DNA of 63,767 bases, filler included, from Squatina squatina (lineage: Eukaryota): NCBI GenBank assembly GCA_031763465.1. It is 4 parts of 4 records of this genome, joined end to end, with 100 filler letters (N's around TTAATTAATTAA, not from the genome) between each part and the next. Parts side by side here need not be neighbours in the genome. Positions count along the whole stretch, not along the records: positions 1 to 25,407 come from JARFOE010000078.1; 3 more parts are not named here. The stretch is one strand, 5' to 3'. Every line of letters starts with the position of its first letter. Within the stretch, counting starts at the first letter, position 1. The position numbers and the translations under genes were made by a program. Below the pieces are notes generated by a model. It did no database searches and was not told the DNA's origin. It saw nothing but the letters and a program-made list of their open reading frames with translations. Shown piece after piece: positions 1 to 13,244 of the stretch.

Positions 1-190
1 ATTTATCCTTCAACCAACATCACTTGGGCAGGGGTGGGTGGGGAAGCAGATTATCTGGTAATTGTCTCTTTGATGTTTGTGGGAGCTTGCTGTGCACAAA
101 TTGACTGCCGCCTTTCCCTACATTACCACGCTACAAAAAGCGCTTCATTGACCATGAACGCCGTGAAAGGCACCAGATAAATGTTTGCTT
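1..190 (+). mobile_element. SINE 3' part (Deu-domain/SacSINE-like)
   Basis: TTTATCC..CAACCAACATCAC...GTTTGTGGGAGCTTGCTGTGC.CAAATTG core, which recurs at 3725-3860 (+) and 57845-58225 (-). Confidence 0.6.
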
Positions 191-559
191 TCTTGACCTG
201 TCAAAGTTTCAATCGCATGTCCCATTACTTTGCATATATTGCTTGTTGCTGACGGTAACGCCTCCCAGTGTTCTGACTTAGGGGGTTANNNNNNNNNNGC
301 ACAAGATTCAAACAGGCCTAACCAGCGAATAACAAATCGAGGAGCAAATAGGTCTGAGGAGTCCGGGGTTTACATGGCCAGATTACCAGGATTTGGGGAG
401 TGAGTGGGGGTGGGTTCATGAGCTGGACAACCTGGGGGCGAAGCTGGTCTTGGGATGGTGGGGAGGGTCGCTCAAAAAAAGGGCTGATGTGAATGATGGA
501 GAATTGCCAGGGCAGGGTGTAGAATGGGCTGCAGCCGGGGTGCAACCCCTGCCTTCATC

Positions 560-1053
560 ACCTCACCTGCTCGAAACTCATCCCTACCGTTGTTCCCTCC
601 AGACTCGACTATTCCAACGCTCCCCCGGCCGGCCTCACATCGTCCACCCTCCGTAAACTTCAGCTCATCCAAAATTCTGCTGCCCCGTATCCTAACTCGC
701 ACCAAGTCCCGTTCACCCCCTGTGCTCGCTGACCTACATTGGCTCCCGGGCCGGCAACGCCTTACTTTGAAAATTCTGGTCCGTGTGTTCAAATCAGCTC
801 CATGGCCTCTCCCCTCACTATCTCTGTAGCCTCCTCCAGCCGTACAACTGATGTTCCCTTTAAGCTGCACAGTGCTCTGGGGGTCCCGTCCCGCTCAGCA
901 GCTGACTCACTGGTCTTTAAATGGAAGATCCACGGAATTTTTAATGGGCCGCGCAGCCCAAAAGAAATTAGCGGCAACATTGCCTACAACCCTCCGAGAT
1001 CTCTGCGCTCCTCCAATTCTGGCTTCTGGCACACCACCGATTTCCATCGCTCC
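560..1053 (+). mobile_element. L2-type LINE 3' fragment
   Basis: Encodes a broken SRLDYSNA...LQLIQNSAARIL...PVLADLHWLP, a typical L2 ORF2 C-terminus. Related pieces lie at 3962-4270, 15820-15934 and 50496-50790. Confidence 0.75.
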
Positions 1054-1396
1054 NNNNNNNNNNNNNNNNNNNNNNNNNNNNNNNNNNNNNNNNNNNNNNN
1101 NNNNNNNNNNNNNNNNNNNNNNNNNNNNNNNNNNNNNNNNNNNNNNNNNNNNNTCTGTGATTCTATGATTCTATGCATTTGTGCTGTAACCATTCTATGA
1201 TTCCTTGACTCTATGATTCAATTTTGAAATTTTCAATAGACGCCTAGCCTCAATAGTTTTTTTGGGGAGAGATTTCCAGATTTCAACTACCATTTATGTG
1301 AGGAAGAGCTTGTTCATGAAGAACTTTCCCAACTCGATGCCCCCTGGCTGCTATCACAGGATGCACAATGGGTAACAGCATGAAGAAAACGAGATT

Positions 1397-2105
1397 GGGC
1401 CTGAATTTGCGGTCGGAGGCTTCCCACGCGTAAATGCCTCCGAACCTCAATAAAAGTACGAACCCACCTGATGGTTCCATAGCTACAAAGACTTGTCCTC
1501 ATGGGCCTGCAAGCGTACACCTACGTAAAGGCCCATGTATCCCAGGGACGCATGCGGTTCACAAGCGTCCCTCGGATCACGTGCACCAGCCCAACCAATG
1601 AGAAAGGGGAATCCCCCTTAAGCTTATGGGGATTTCAGTTGCATATGGAATCCCATAGGCTTAATAGGAATCACATAAAAATATAAATTTCACACAATTT
1701 AAATAAAAATAAATTAAATGAAAAAAATTAATTAAAATACAATGTAATTAAACATTTAAAACAAAAAATTTAATTTTTTGAAAAATACATTTAAAGGGTC
1801 CAAAATAACCTGAACTAGTTTTAAAGGTTTGTAAGTTTAAATGATTTTTTAATTTAATATTTCTTTTAACCCTTACGCTGGTAAAAGAAGGCCCTACGCC
1901 TGCTTGTACCAGGCATGAGAGTTTCATGGGCAGTAGTTGTGCAAATTGCCCAAATCTCCGCCAGCGAATGTCCATTTCCTGGGGATTCATATGATCTATT
2001 AAGCTGAAATTTGGCATTGCAAGTTCTGGGTTTTCACATATGCACATCGCACACGGAAACCCAGAACCTGCGGGGCTTGGTCGCAGGCCCCGGAAAATCC
2101 GAGCC
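1397..2105. mobile_element. MITE-like non-autonomous DNA transposon
   Basis: Left end GGGCCTGAATTT resembles the 57004 element, with an imperfect inverted right end and an AT-rich core. Confidence 0.5.
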
Positions 2106-3724
2106 AATATCTATATTTCCACATACATTATACTCATTATANNNNNNNNNNGTAACTCTAGCTGGAGAACAAACGACACCCCCAGAAAAGTGGGGGTGAC
2201 CCAGCTGCACAAGTTCTCCACCATTTATGGGAGTTTCCTAGCTACCTTGTAAAAGGATGAAACCTCTGCCCACCCCTTACAAGGCAAATGATGGCCAGAG
2301 GCAGATGGAGGTTCCTTGGGCTGGATAGGCACCGAGCAGATCCGTAGATACTGGTACACTGAGTGGGGGTGCACCAGGCTCCCAAAGGGCACATGTGGCT
2401 CCCATTGCTGACGTCTAAGCCAGCCAAGTGAACTAGACCTCTGAAGAGAGGCAGATATTTGTTTTAAGTTTTGGAAATCTGCACCTTTTATTTCGGCGGC
2501 TAAGAAGAATGTGGCTAGGGGTACATGTTCTATCTTAATACAGAAGTCAGTTCTGGTGAAAGGTGGTCGACCTGAAACATTAACCGTGTTTCTCTCTCCA
2601 CAGATGCTGCTTGACCTGCTGAATATTTCCAGCATTTTCTGTTTTTATGTTCTATCTTAATCATTTTACTCAGAGTGGTTAGTATGTGGAACTTGCTACC
2701 ACATGGAGCAGTTGAGTTGAATAGCATAGATGAATTTAAGAGAAAGTAGATAAGTTCATCAAGGAGAAAGGAAGGATACGGTGAGATGAAGCAAGGTGGG
2801 AGGAGGCTCGTGTGGTGTATAAACACAGGCATAGACCTGTTGGGTGGAATGGCCTGTTTCTGTGCTGTAAATTCTATGTAATTTTTGGATTAAGGGCAAT
2901 ACAAGCATTCAATGAGAGTACAGAACCCTGAGCAGTGACTATCTTACAATGGCAGATGTGCTGAAATAAAGACTCACTTTTGATTGTTAGGATGAAAATG
3001 AATAAGTGTATACAGGGATCAAAAGGTTGTAACCTTGGACTCACAGATATTTTATGGCTTACAACTGCAATGGCAGATGGGAACAGCAAGGTTGCAGGAG
3101 TGAGCAATCATGTGTAGTACAGTAGTTTTTGTCATGTATAGCCTGCCTTTACTTAGAAGTTCTATACTTGGCCCAGCAGTTAAGGTCATCTTTTAACTGA
3201 GCAGAACTAGATGAGATATTTATGTTCCTAGCTTTCAAACNNNNNNNNNNNNNNNNNNNNNNNNNNNNNNNNNNNNNNNNNNNNNNNNNNNNNNNNNNNN
3301 NNNNNNNNNNNNNNNNNNNNNNNNNNNNNNNNNNNNNNNNCTGTTGTGACTGGTTGTGGAATATTTCCAGGGGTGACCTTTAAAGGCAGTTGGCAGTTGG
3401 AACATTAACATCACAGGATCCAAACATCAAAACCAGAGTGCTTTTTGATGTTAACTGGGGGCGTTCTGACACTCAGTCCCCATCAGAGGCGGGCCTGACT
3501 GTTTCTGACGAGGCGGAACCCAATCCCAGAGTGGATCTGGACAATTACAATCCACGGCAATTGAGTCACCTCATCGACAGTATCTCACTTTATAGAATCA
3601 CCAAAACTACGGCACAGAAAAAGGCCATTCGGCCCATTGTGCCACTGCTAACTCTTTGACTGGAGCTGCCTACTCTATTCCCATTCCCGACCCCTCCCCC
3701 TGTATTCTTTAATACATTCTTCCT

Positions 3725-3860
3725 GGGCCCAATATTTATCCCTCAGCCAACATCACTAAAACAGCTCACTTGGTCATTTATCACGTTGCTGTTTGTGGGA
3801 GCTTGCTGTGCGCAAATTGAACTGCCGCGTTTCCCACATTACAACAGCAGTGGTTACAAT
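3725..3860 (+). mobile_element. SINE fragment (same family as 1-190)
   Basis: Shared core CAACATCACTAAAACAG...GTTTGTGGGAGCTTGCTGTGCGCAAATTG. Confidence 0.6.
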
Positions 3861-5154
3861 TNNNNNNNNNNNNNNNNNNNNNNNNNNNNNNNNNNNNNNN
3901 NNNNNNNNNNNNNNNNNNNNNNNNNNNNNNNNNNNNNNNNNNNNNNNNNNNNNNNNNNNNNAACCCTCCGAGATCTCTGCGTTCTTCCGATTCTGGCCTC
4001 TTGGGCATCCCCCACTCCCTTCGCCCCGCCATTGGTGGCCGTGCCTTCAGCTGCCTGGGACCTGAACTATGGAATTCCCTCCCTAAACCTCTCCGCCTCG
4101 CTCTCCTCCTTTTAAGGAAACTCTTTAAAATCTACCTCCTTCACCGAGCTTCTGGTCACCTTGAACTAATGTCTTCTCCTTTAGTTCGGTGTCGATTTTT
4201 TTTTCTTGTCTGATTACATTCCTGTGAGACATTTTATGACTTCAGAGTCACGATATAAATACAAGTTGCTGTTGTTGTTTTATTTTGTAGTTGTGAAATA
4301 GGGTGCCTTGGGGCAGAAGATGAACACAAATTGGAATGGTACGAATGTTTACTCGAGACACATTGCTGGGCTGCACTTGCTGCGAAGTGCCATTATCGGA
4401 GTTTATACGGTCTCTAGTGCAGGCGAATCATTGAGAGTTTGTGCTCGATCTGGAATTTGTGCAATCTCCTAAGTGAATGTCACTCACAAATTGTTGCTGT
4501 TGTCAGATGTGAGCTGACGGGTTCCCGTTTGCAAATGATAAGAGCACAAAATAATTGGACTAGAACGCACCTCGGTGTTTGCAGCTAACTCAAACCTACC
4601 TCGGTCTGGACTGTTCCCCCAGTTAGAGGGGGGCTGCTTTCTGCCAAAGTACATTCTGTTCTCATCTGACGGATAATCAATTTTCTTCCATCCAGGGCTC
4701 CAAGCTGGTTTTAACTAGTTGAGGGCAGGAAGCCATCCTCGCGTGCCGAACTTGAGGGAATGCTGACCTTCAACCCGAATAGTTAAATCACCAGTGTAAC
4801 CCGCTTTGTTCTCGATGGAAGAGCCCCAGGACTTGGTTCTGCAGAAAGGGCGTGATTCATGCGTGAAGCGATCGTAGAATGTACAGCACAGAAACAGTCC
4901 ATTCGGCCCGACTGGTCCGTGCCGGTGTTTATGGTCCACTCGAGCCTCCTCCCACCCCTCTTCATCTCACCCTATNNNNNNNNNNNNNNNNNNNNNNNNN
5001 NNNNNNNNNNNNNNNNNNNNNNNNNNNNNNNNNNNNNNNNNNNNNNNNNNNNNNNNNNNNNNNNNNNNNNNNNNNCCGGCCGCCCTCCCGCGGCAGCGCC
5101 CCCGGCGGAGGTTCCTCCCCCCCCCGCTCCTCCTCCTCGCCCGCCGCCACTCAC

Positions 5155-5390
5155 ACGGCCAGGATGCGGTCGCCCCGCCGGACCCCGGCCCGCTCGGCCG
5201 CGCCGCCCGCCAGCACGGCGCTGACGTGCTGCAGCGGCGCGTACAGCTGGCCGCGGATGCTGCGCAGCTGGCCGCCCTCGCTCACTTGGCCCCGCACGTT
5301 GAAGCCGTAGCCGCTGTCGGACTTGGCGAGGCGGACGGTGCGCGGCCCGCCGGCCCGCCAGGCCTCGCCGTCCTCCTCCTCCTCCGCCAT
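5155..5390 (-). CDS. SNX27: Sorting nexin-27, first coding exon (N-terminal PDZ domain)
   Basis: Translation MAEEEEDGE...[65 protein letters not shown] matches the SNX27 PDZ signature ([32 protein letters not shown]). The exon ends at a canonical GT|GTGAGT donor (5154-5149), phase 2. Confidence 0.95.
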
Positions 5391-5442
5391 CTTTTCCTTC
5401 GCGACCGAGCGAGAGAGGGCTGCTGCTGCCGCGGCGCCGGCC

Positions 5443-5616
5443 GGGAGCTGTAGTTCCGCCGGGCGCCCGCCCCCATCGGCGGCAACGGGGCGGCGGACTA
5501 CACTTCCCGGCGCGCATCGCGGGCGCGGGGGCTCCCCGCCGCCCGCCCGCTGGGAAATGTAGTCCGGCTAGCCGGTCCGGCCCATTGACCGCAGCGGAGC
5601 GGAAACTACATTTCCC
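5443..5616. promoter_or_regulatory. Four ACTACA-N2-TCCC (ZNF143/THAP11 SBS-type) motifs
   Basis: GGGAGCTGTAGT 5443-5454 (-), ACTACACTTCCC 5497-5508 (+), GGGAAATGTAGT 5552-5563 (-), ACTACATTTCCCACAGTGCA 5605-5624 (+). Confidence 0.8.
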
Positions 5617-5792
5617 ACAGTGCAACGCCCCAAGGGGGGGGTGCTCAGAGGGCAACCTCTCTCTATCCCCACCCTGGCAACCTGGACTTTGGNNNNNNNN
5701 NNNNNNNNNNNNNNNNNNNNNNNNNNNNNNNNNNNNNNNNNNNNNNNNNNNNNNNNNNNNNNNNNNNNNNNNNNNNNNNNNNNNNNNNNNNN

Positions 5793-8700
5793 AGTGATAG
5801 ATTTAGAGTTAGTGATGGACATAGCGATAGAGAATGGGATAGAGAGATAGTGATAGTGTTAACAGTAATGATAGAGTTAATGATAGAGATAGAGAGAAAG
5901 ATAATGATAGAGTTAGAGACTGTGGTAGAGATAGAGATAGAGATAGTGTTAGAGTTCGAGGTAGTGTCAGAATTAGAGATAGTGACAGATATATAGATAG
6001 CGATGGTAATAGAGACAGAGATAGATTTATATATAGTAAGAGAGATAGAGATGGAGACAGTGATAGTGATTGAGATAGTAATTGAGATAGTGATAGAGAT
6101 TGAGAGAAAGATAGAGTTAGAGATTGTGATTGAGATAGAGATTGACATAGTGATAGAGTTAGAGATATGGATAGAGATAGAGATAGAGACAGAGATATGG
6201 ATAGAATTAGAGAAAGAGATAGAAATACTGATAGAGAGAGATAGCAATAGATAGGGAGAGTGATATAGAGATTGTGATTGAGAGAGTGATATTGATAGAG
6301 ATAGAGATAGAGATGGAGATAGATCGAGATAGAGATAGAGAAATTGATAGATAGAGATAGAGATTATGATTGAGATAGAGATAGAGTTAGATGTATTGAA
6401 AGAGAGAGATATTGATAGAGCTAGAGATAGATATTGTGATAGAGTTTGGGATAGTGATAGAGATAGAGATTAAGATAGGGATAGAGATAGTGATAGTGAA
6501 AGAGAGAGATATTGATAGAGATAGAGTGATAGATAGTGAGAGAGATACTGATATAGATTGATTGAGACATAGATTTAGGGATAGAGATATGGAAAGATAT
6601 ATAGATACTGAAAGGGATAGAGAGCGATAGAGGTAATGATAGAAACAGAAACAGATACAGAGATAGAGATACGGATAGAGACAAAGATGGAGTAAGTAAT
6701 TGGGATAGAGACAGATAGAGATAGAAATAGAGCTAGTGAGTGAGACAGAGATAGTGATAGAAATAGAGCAAGAGATAGATATTGGGATAGTGTTAGAGTC
6801 AGAGGGAGAGATAGAGAGAATGATAGAGATAGAGATAGAGAGTGATAGAGATAGAGATAGAGATGGAGATAGAGATAGAGATGGAGATGGAGATGGAGAT
6901 AGAGATAGAGATAGAGTTTAGTGATAGAGTTAGAGTTAGTGACAGAGACAGGATAGAGATAGAGATAGAGAAGGAATATAGATAGAGATAGCATAAGAGA
7001 GATAGTGCTAATATTAAATAAACTATATTTTTGCTTATAGTAACAGAGACAGAGATAGGGACAGATTTAGAAATAGAGGTATTAAGAGGGATAGGAATAC
7101 AGATAGAGATAGAGACAGAGCTAGAGGTAGAGGTAGAAATAGAGAGAGAGTGAGATTGGAATAGAGAAATATAGAGTTAGATTTAGCAGTAAAGTAATAG
7201 TGCCAGTGATTAAAACAGAGTTAGTGACAGATATAGCACATAATGTTGAGAGAGAAATAGAGACAGATAGCGATGGAACAGTGTTAGAGATTTTAATATT
7301 GACAGAGATAAAGATGGAGATAAAGATAGAGATCACGACAGTGGAACAGACAATCTTTCAGATAGAGATCGAGATAGAGGTAGAAATCAGGATAGGGATA
7401 GTGATAGAGATTGGCATAGAGATAGATTTAAAGATACAGATAGTGGCAGAGGTAGAGATAGTGATAGAGATAGAGATAGTGATAGTGATAGTGATAGAGA
7501 TAGAGATAGAGATAGTGATAAACATAGAGATAGAGATAGAAATAGAGATGGAGATCGAGATATTGTTGGAGATAGAGATAGAGTTGGTGATAGAGACAGA
7601 GATAGTTTTAGAGATGGAGATAGTGACAGTGATAGTGATAGAGGTAGAGATAGAGATTGTGATAGTTATAGAGATAGAGATAGAGACAGAGACTGTGATA
7701 GAGATAGAGATACAGATAGTGATAGATATAGAGATAGAGATAGAGATAGATGTAGTGATAGAGTTAGAGAGAGTGATGGAAATAGAGGTAGATATAATGA
7801 TAGAGTTAGGGATAGTGATTGGGATAGAGATAGAATTAGGGATAGAGATAGAGATATTGATAGAGATAGAAGTCATGATAGAGTTAGAGATAGAGATAGA
7901 GATACAGAGGGAGATAGAGATAGAGACAGACAGAGAGATAGTGATAGAGCTATAGCGATAGAGATAGTGATAGAGATAGAGCTGGAGAGAGAATTAGGAC
8001 CTAAATAGGTATAGAGATAGTGATACACCTAGTGATAGAGATAGAGAGAGAATGGGATAAATATAGATAGAGAGAAACAGAGATAGAGATATTGATTGAG
8101 ATAGTGACACTGATAGAGATAGAGATAGAGAAAGAGATAGATAGAGCTAGAGGTAGTGATAGAGTTAGAGATAGAGATAGTGATAGAGTTAGCGATAGTG
8201 AATGAGATAGAGATAGAGATAAGGATAGTGGAAGAGATAGTGATAAATTTAGAGATAGTGATAGAGACAGAGATGGTGATAGAGTTAGAGATAGTGATAG
8301 AGATACAGATAGAGAGAGAGATAGATACTGTGACAGAGATAGAGATATAAATACATATAGTGATAGAGTTGGAGATAGTGATAGAGATATAGATAGAGAT
8401 AGAGTTAGAGATAGTGATAGATTTAGAGGAATTGATAGAGATACAGATAGAGATAGAGATAATTGTAGCTCTAGAGATAGAGATAGATATAGTGTTAGTG
8501 TTAGAGACAGTGATAGAGATAGAGATAGTGACAAAGGTACATATGCTGATAGAATTAGAGATAGTGATAGAGATAGAGATAGACATAGAAACAGATAGAG
8601 GCAGAGCTATATACAGAGATAGAGATAGAAAAAAGGTTAGAGGTAGCGATCGGGATAGCGATATAGATAGAAATAGGGATAGAGATAGGTATAGAGACAG

Positions 8701-9741
8701 AGGTAGAGACAATGATAGAGACAGTGATAGAGATAAAGAGGAGATAGAGGCAGAGATAGAGATAGAGATAGAGATAGTGTTAGTGATAGAGGTAGTGCTA
8801 GAGATAATAGAGGTAGAGATAGCGAGAGATATTGATGGAGATAGGGATAGACGTAGGGATAGAGACAGTGATAGACTTAGTGATAGAGATAGAGCCAGAG
8901 ACAGAGATAGGGAGAGAGTTACAGAAAGTGTTGGAGACAGTGATCGAAATAGAGAGGAGACAGTGACAGATAGAGATTGTGATAGTGATCGAGATAGTGT
9001 TAGAGATATAGAGATAGCGTTAGAGATAGGGATAGAGAGAGAGATAGTGATAGTGATAGAGACAGTGACTGAGATAGAGAGGAGCTAGAGACAGAGATAG
9101 AGATAGAGTTAGTGATAGTGATAGAGATTGAGATGGAGATAGAGATATTGATAGAGAGAGAGATAGAGAAAGTTTAGTGATAGAGATAGAGTAAGTGATA
9201 GAGATAGAGTTAGAGATGGAGATGCGGATAATGATAGTGATAGAGATAGAGGTAGAGATAGAGATAGAGATACTGATAGAGATAGAAATAGGGACAGAGC
9301 CTGAGATAGACATAGAAATGGAGATAATGATAGTGATAGAGATAATAATAGAGATAGAGATAGAGATGGAGATATTGATATAGATAGAGATAGTGATAGT
9401 GATAGAGATAGTGAAAGAGATAGAGTCAGTGATAGAGGTAGAGATAGGGATAGAGATAGAGATAGTGATAGAGGTAGATTTGGAGATAGAGATAGAAATA
9501 GAGATAGATGTAGAAATAGTGATAGAGATAGAGATAGAGATAGAGATAGAGGTAGAGATGGAGATAAAGATAGTGATAGTGTTAGAGATAGAGATAGAGA
9601 TAGAACTAATGATAGTGATAGTGACAGAGATAGAGAGAGATATAGAGATTGTGATAGAGATACTCATTGAGATAGAGATATGATAGTGGTAGAGAACGAG
9701 ATAGACATAGAGGTAGAGATAGAGATACAGATAGTGATAGT
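5793..9741. repeat. Degenerate (GATAGA)n hexamer simple repeat, about 3.9 kb
   Basis: Continuous AGAGAT/GATAGT variants with a strongly purine-biased + strand. The IEIEI, SISIS and DRDRD ORFs are translation artefacts. Confidence 0.95.
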
Positions 9742-9939
9742 NNNNNNNNNNNNNNNNNNNNNNNNNNNNNNNNNNNNNNNNNNNNNNNNNNNNNNNNNNN
9801 NNNNNNNNNNNNNNNNNNNNNNNNNNNNNNNNNNNNNNNNNGCTGCATCTGCAGATCAGGTTTAAGCGACTCTGCAAGCAACTGCCTTTCAACATCAACG
9901 TTTTAAATACTCTCGCTATTTAAAAAAATAATCTGCATT

Positions 9940-11420
9940 TCTGTTTTTTCTACCAAAGTGGACAACTTCACATTTTTCCACATCACATTCCCTATGCCAT
10001 GTTCTTTCCCGTTCAATTAGTCTCTCGAAATCTGCTTGCAGCCTCTTGCATCCACCTCACAACTCACATTCCCACCTAGAATTGTGTCTTCAGCAAATTT
10101 GGAAATATTACGTTAGTTCCACTGATCCAAAGCATTGATATAGCTTGTGAACAGCTGAGGCCCAAGCACCCATCCCCAAGTGTTGCCTCCTGCCAACATG
10201 AAGAAGACCCGTTTATTCCTACTCTGTGTTTTCTTTCTGCAAACCAATACTCAATCCATGCCAGAACATTATTCCCAATTCCATGTAATCTAAATTTGTT
10301 CACCAAACTGCTGTGTGGGAACGAGTTGAATACCCTCCGAAAATCCAAACACACCGCATCATCCGGTTTCCCCAATTCTACTCTGCTCGTTACATCCTCA
10401 AAGAACTCAAATAGGTTTGTTAAACATAATTAACCTTTCACAAATGCATATTGACTTTGCCCAACCATGATACTTTTTTTCTAAGTGTCCTGTTATCACA
10501 ACCTCTATGATAGATTCCAGCATTTTCCCCACTACTGATATCAGGCTGAGAAGTCTGTAGTTCCATATTTTCTCTCTCCCTCCTTTCTGACACAGTTGGG
10601 TTACATTTGCTACCCTCCAATCTGCAAGAGCCGTCTATATAATCTACAGAATTCTTGTTGACGACAACCAGTGCAGCAACTATCTCTATCGCCACGTCTT
10701 TCAACAGCCTGGGATGTAGGTCTTCAGAACCTTGCAATTTATTGATTTTCAGTCCCATTAATTACGCTGGTAATTTTTTTACTAATATTNNNNNNNNNNN
10801 NNNNNNNNNNNNNNNNNNNNNNNNNNNNNNNNNNNNNNNNNNNNNNNNNNNNNNNNNNNNNNNNNNNNNNNNNNNNNNNNNNNNNNNNNCCCTACTTTTA
10901 TACTCCATCTCCCTTGAAATAAAGGCCAACATTCCATTTGCCTTCCCAATTACCTGCTGCACCTGCATACTAACTCTGTGATTCATGTACGAGGGCCCCC
11001 AAATCCCTCTGTGCCAAAGATTTCTGCAGTCTTTCTCCATTTAAATGATATTCTGACTTTCCATTCTTCCTTCCAAAGTGGATAACTTCACATTTTCCTA
11101 CATTATACTCCATCTGCCAAGTTTTTGCCCACTCACTTAACCTACCAATATTTCTTTGCAGACTCTGTGTCCCCCTCACAACTTGCTTTCCCACCTAATT
11201 TTGTGTCATCAGCAAATTTGGCTACAATACACCCGTTTCCTTCATCCAAGTCATTAATATAGATTGTAAATAGTTGTGGTCCCAGCACTGATCCCTGTGC
11301 CACTAGTTACAGATTGCCATCCTGAAAATGACCACTTTATCCCGACTCTCTGTTTTCTGTTAGTTAGCCAATCCTCTACCTATGCTAATATATTGCCCCC
11401 AGCGCCATGAGCTCTTAGCT
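9940..11420 (-). mobile_element. CR1 LINE ORF2 fragments (two pieces separated by a gap)
   Basis: Peptides LHPRLLKDVA, DAVCLDFRRVF...LAWIEYW, LSEWAKTWQMEYNVGKCEVIHFG and QVQQVIGKANGMLAFI. Confidence 0.85.
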
Positions 11421-12304
11421 TGTTAACTTTTGATGGGGAGGGGGGAAATTTTAATTCTGCAGAAGCCAGCAGGGGGAGCAGTTAAAATGGAGTGGGATAA
11501 TTTCCCACTGGCTTCCCGACCTAAGTAGGCTGACTGAAATTTTTTACTTTGAGGCAGCAAGGACCTGAGACCTAAGCAGAAGAGCACTGGTGATTTCCCT
11601 GCCTGGCCAAACCTACCAGGAGCTGAATTGAGGTCCATGTAACTTCAAACTTTTAATTTTTATAAGGTTTCCTTGTGGTCCAGGAATTGTCTCCAGGTTC
11701 CATAAGGAAACCTTAGACCTCCCCTGCCCCAGACTATGTCCCCTCTTCCCCTGACTGTGATCTCTAACCAGACCCCCACCAACCCCCATATAACCTCCAT
11801 AGTACTGGGGATTGTTCTGCTGGGTGGCAGCCTCTTGATGCCGAAAATTGCACTAGTGCCTACTGGCCAGGTATTAATTCTTTGCCGGGTTTCAGGCGGA
11901 AATGCAACCATCCATATTAAAATGAGCTCCAGGAGTTAAAATCACTTCGGAGCTCCCATGGCATCAGCATGCGAGATTGGCGCTCGACCCGGCCCTCCTG
12001 CACTCCGATCCCACCTCCCTTTAAAATTAATCCCAACGAATTTTATCTTGTTCCATTAAACTTTGAACCTTGGTTATCCCAATCAAAATACCTCTTAATT
12101 TATATATTATTTGGAGCAAGGAAAGGAAGAGCGATGGTGCATGCCAAGTGGAGAAGATATTACTGCACCAGCCTTTACATTCTAACTTGCATTTAGAGGT
12201 AGAATCTGTTTTACTTGGATTCATCAGAGGAACTCTGTCTTCCTAGATTTACTCGAGTGTACGTAACAGAGTTGTGACGAATGCTAGAAATCCTACACAG
12301 TATT

Positions 12305-12900
12305 GGTAGCTGTGACCACCGCACAGTACTTGTAGAGACGAAGTCCTGAGGACACCCTCCATTGTGTTGTGTGGCACTACCACCGTGCTAAATGGAATAG
12401 ATTCACAAAAGATCTAGCAGCTCAAAACTGGGCATCCATGTGTGGGCCATCAGCAGCAGCAGCAGAATTGCATTCCACCACAATCTGTAACCTCATGGCC
12501 CAGCATATCTCTCACTCTACCATTCTCATCAAGCCAGGGGACCAACCCTGGTTCAATGAGGAGTTCAGAAGGGCATGCCTGGAGTAGCACCCAGTGTACC
12601 TAAAAATGAGGTGCTGTACTGGGGAAGCTGCAGCACAGGACTACATGTCTGCTACACAGCAGAAGCAGCATGCTATAGGCACATCTAAGTGATCCCACAA
12701 TTAAGGGATCAGATCCAAGCTCTGCAGTCCTGCCACATCCAGTCATGATTGGTGGTAGACAATTCAACATTCAGCAGGAGGAGAAGGCTCCGTGAATGTC
12801 TCCATCCTCAATGATGGCTGAACACAGCAAACAATTGCAAAAGACAAGTCTAAAGCATTGGCAACCATCTTCAACCAGAAGTACTGAGTGGATGATCCCT
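12305..12900 (+). mobile_element. LINE (CR1/L2 group) ORF2 fragment
   Basis: WHYHRAKWNRF...LAAQNWASM...KPGDQPWFNEEFRRAC. Related pieces lie at 14590-14840, 23450-23690 and 62670-63440. Confidence 0.65.
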
Positions 12901-13244
12901 ATCGAAGGTTGGTATAAAGATTACTTGACACTTATCAGCCCAAACCTGAATGTCGTCCAAGTTTTGCTGCATGCGGGCATGGACTGCTCCATTGTCTGAG
13001 GAGATGCAAATGATCTTACCAATGAAAGCTATCCAGGGTTAGGATTGGATCCTTATTATAGGCAGAACTGAAAGTTTGTCCTGTTTGGTGTTCTGGGTAC
13101 ACAACCAAAATCTTGCCTAGATATGGGTGTGTGATGTAGAGGCTATTGAAAAAACTGAGAAGTAGACCAGAAGAATGATTACCAGCTTAAAAAATCTTAA
13201 CAAAACTTAGCAAAAATGCTTCCAAAAAGTCTTCCTTTTTCCTC

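Larger units (their letters stand above)
5076..5650. promoter_or_regulatory. CpG island / SNX27 promoter
   Basis: Very GC- and CpG-rich stretch covering exon 1 and upstream DNA, with GC boxes (GGGCGG/CCGCCC). Confidence 0.85.

Noticed and set aside
4859-5655. Overlapping Arg/Gly/Pro-rich ORFs around SNX27 exon 1
   Set aside because: These are expected shadow frames in a CpG island.
5663-9898. IEIEI, SISIS and DRDRD ORFs
   Set aside because: These are artefacts of the hexamer repeat.
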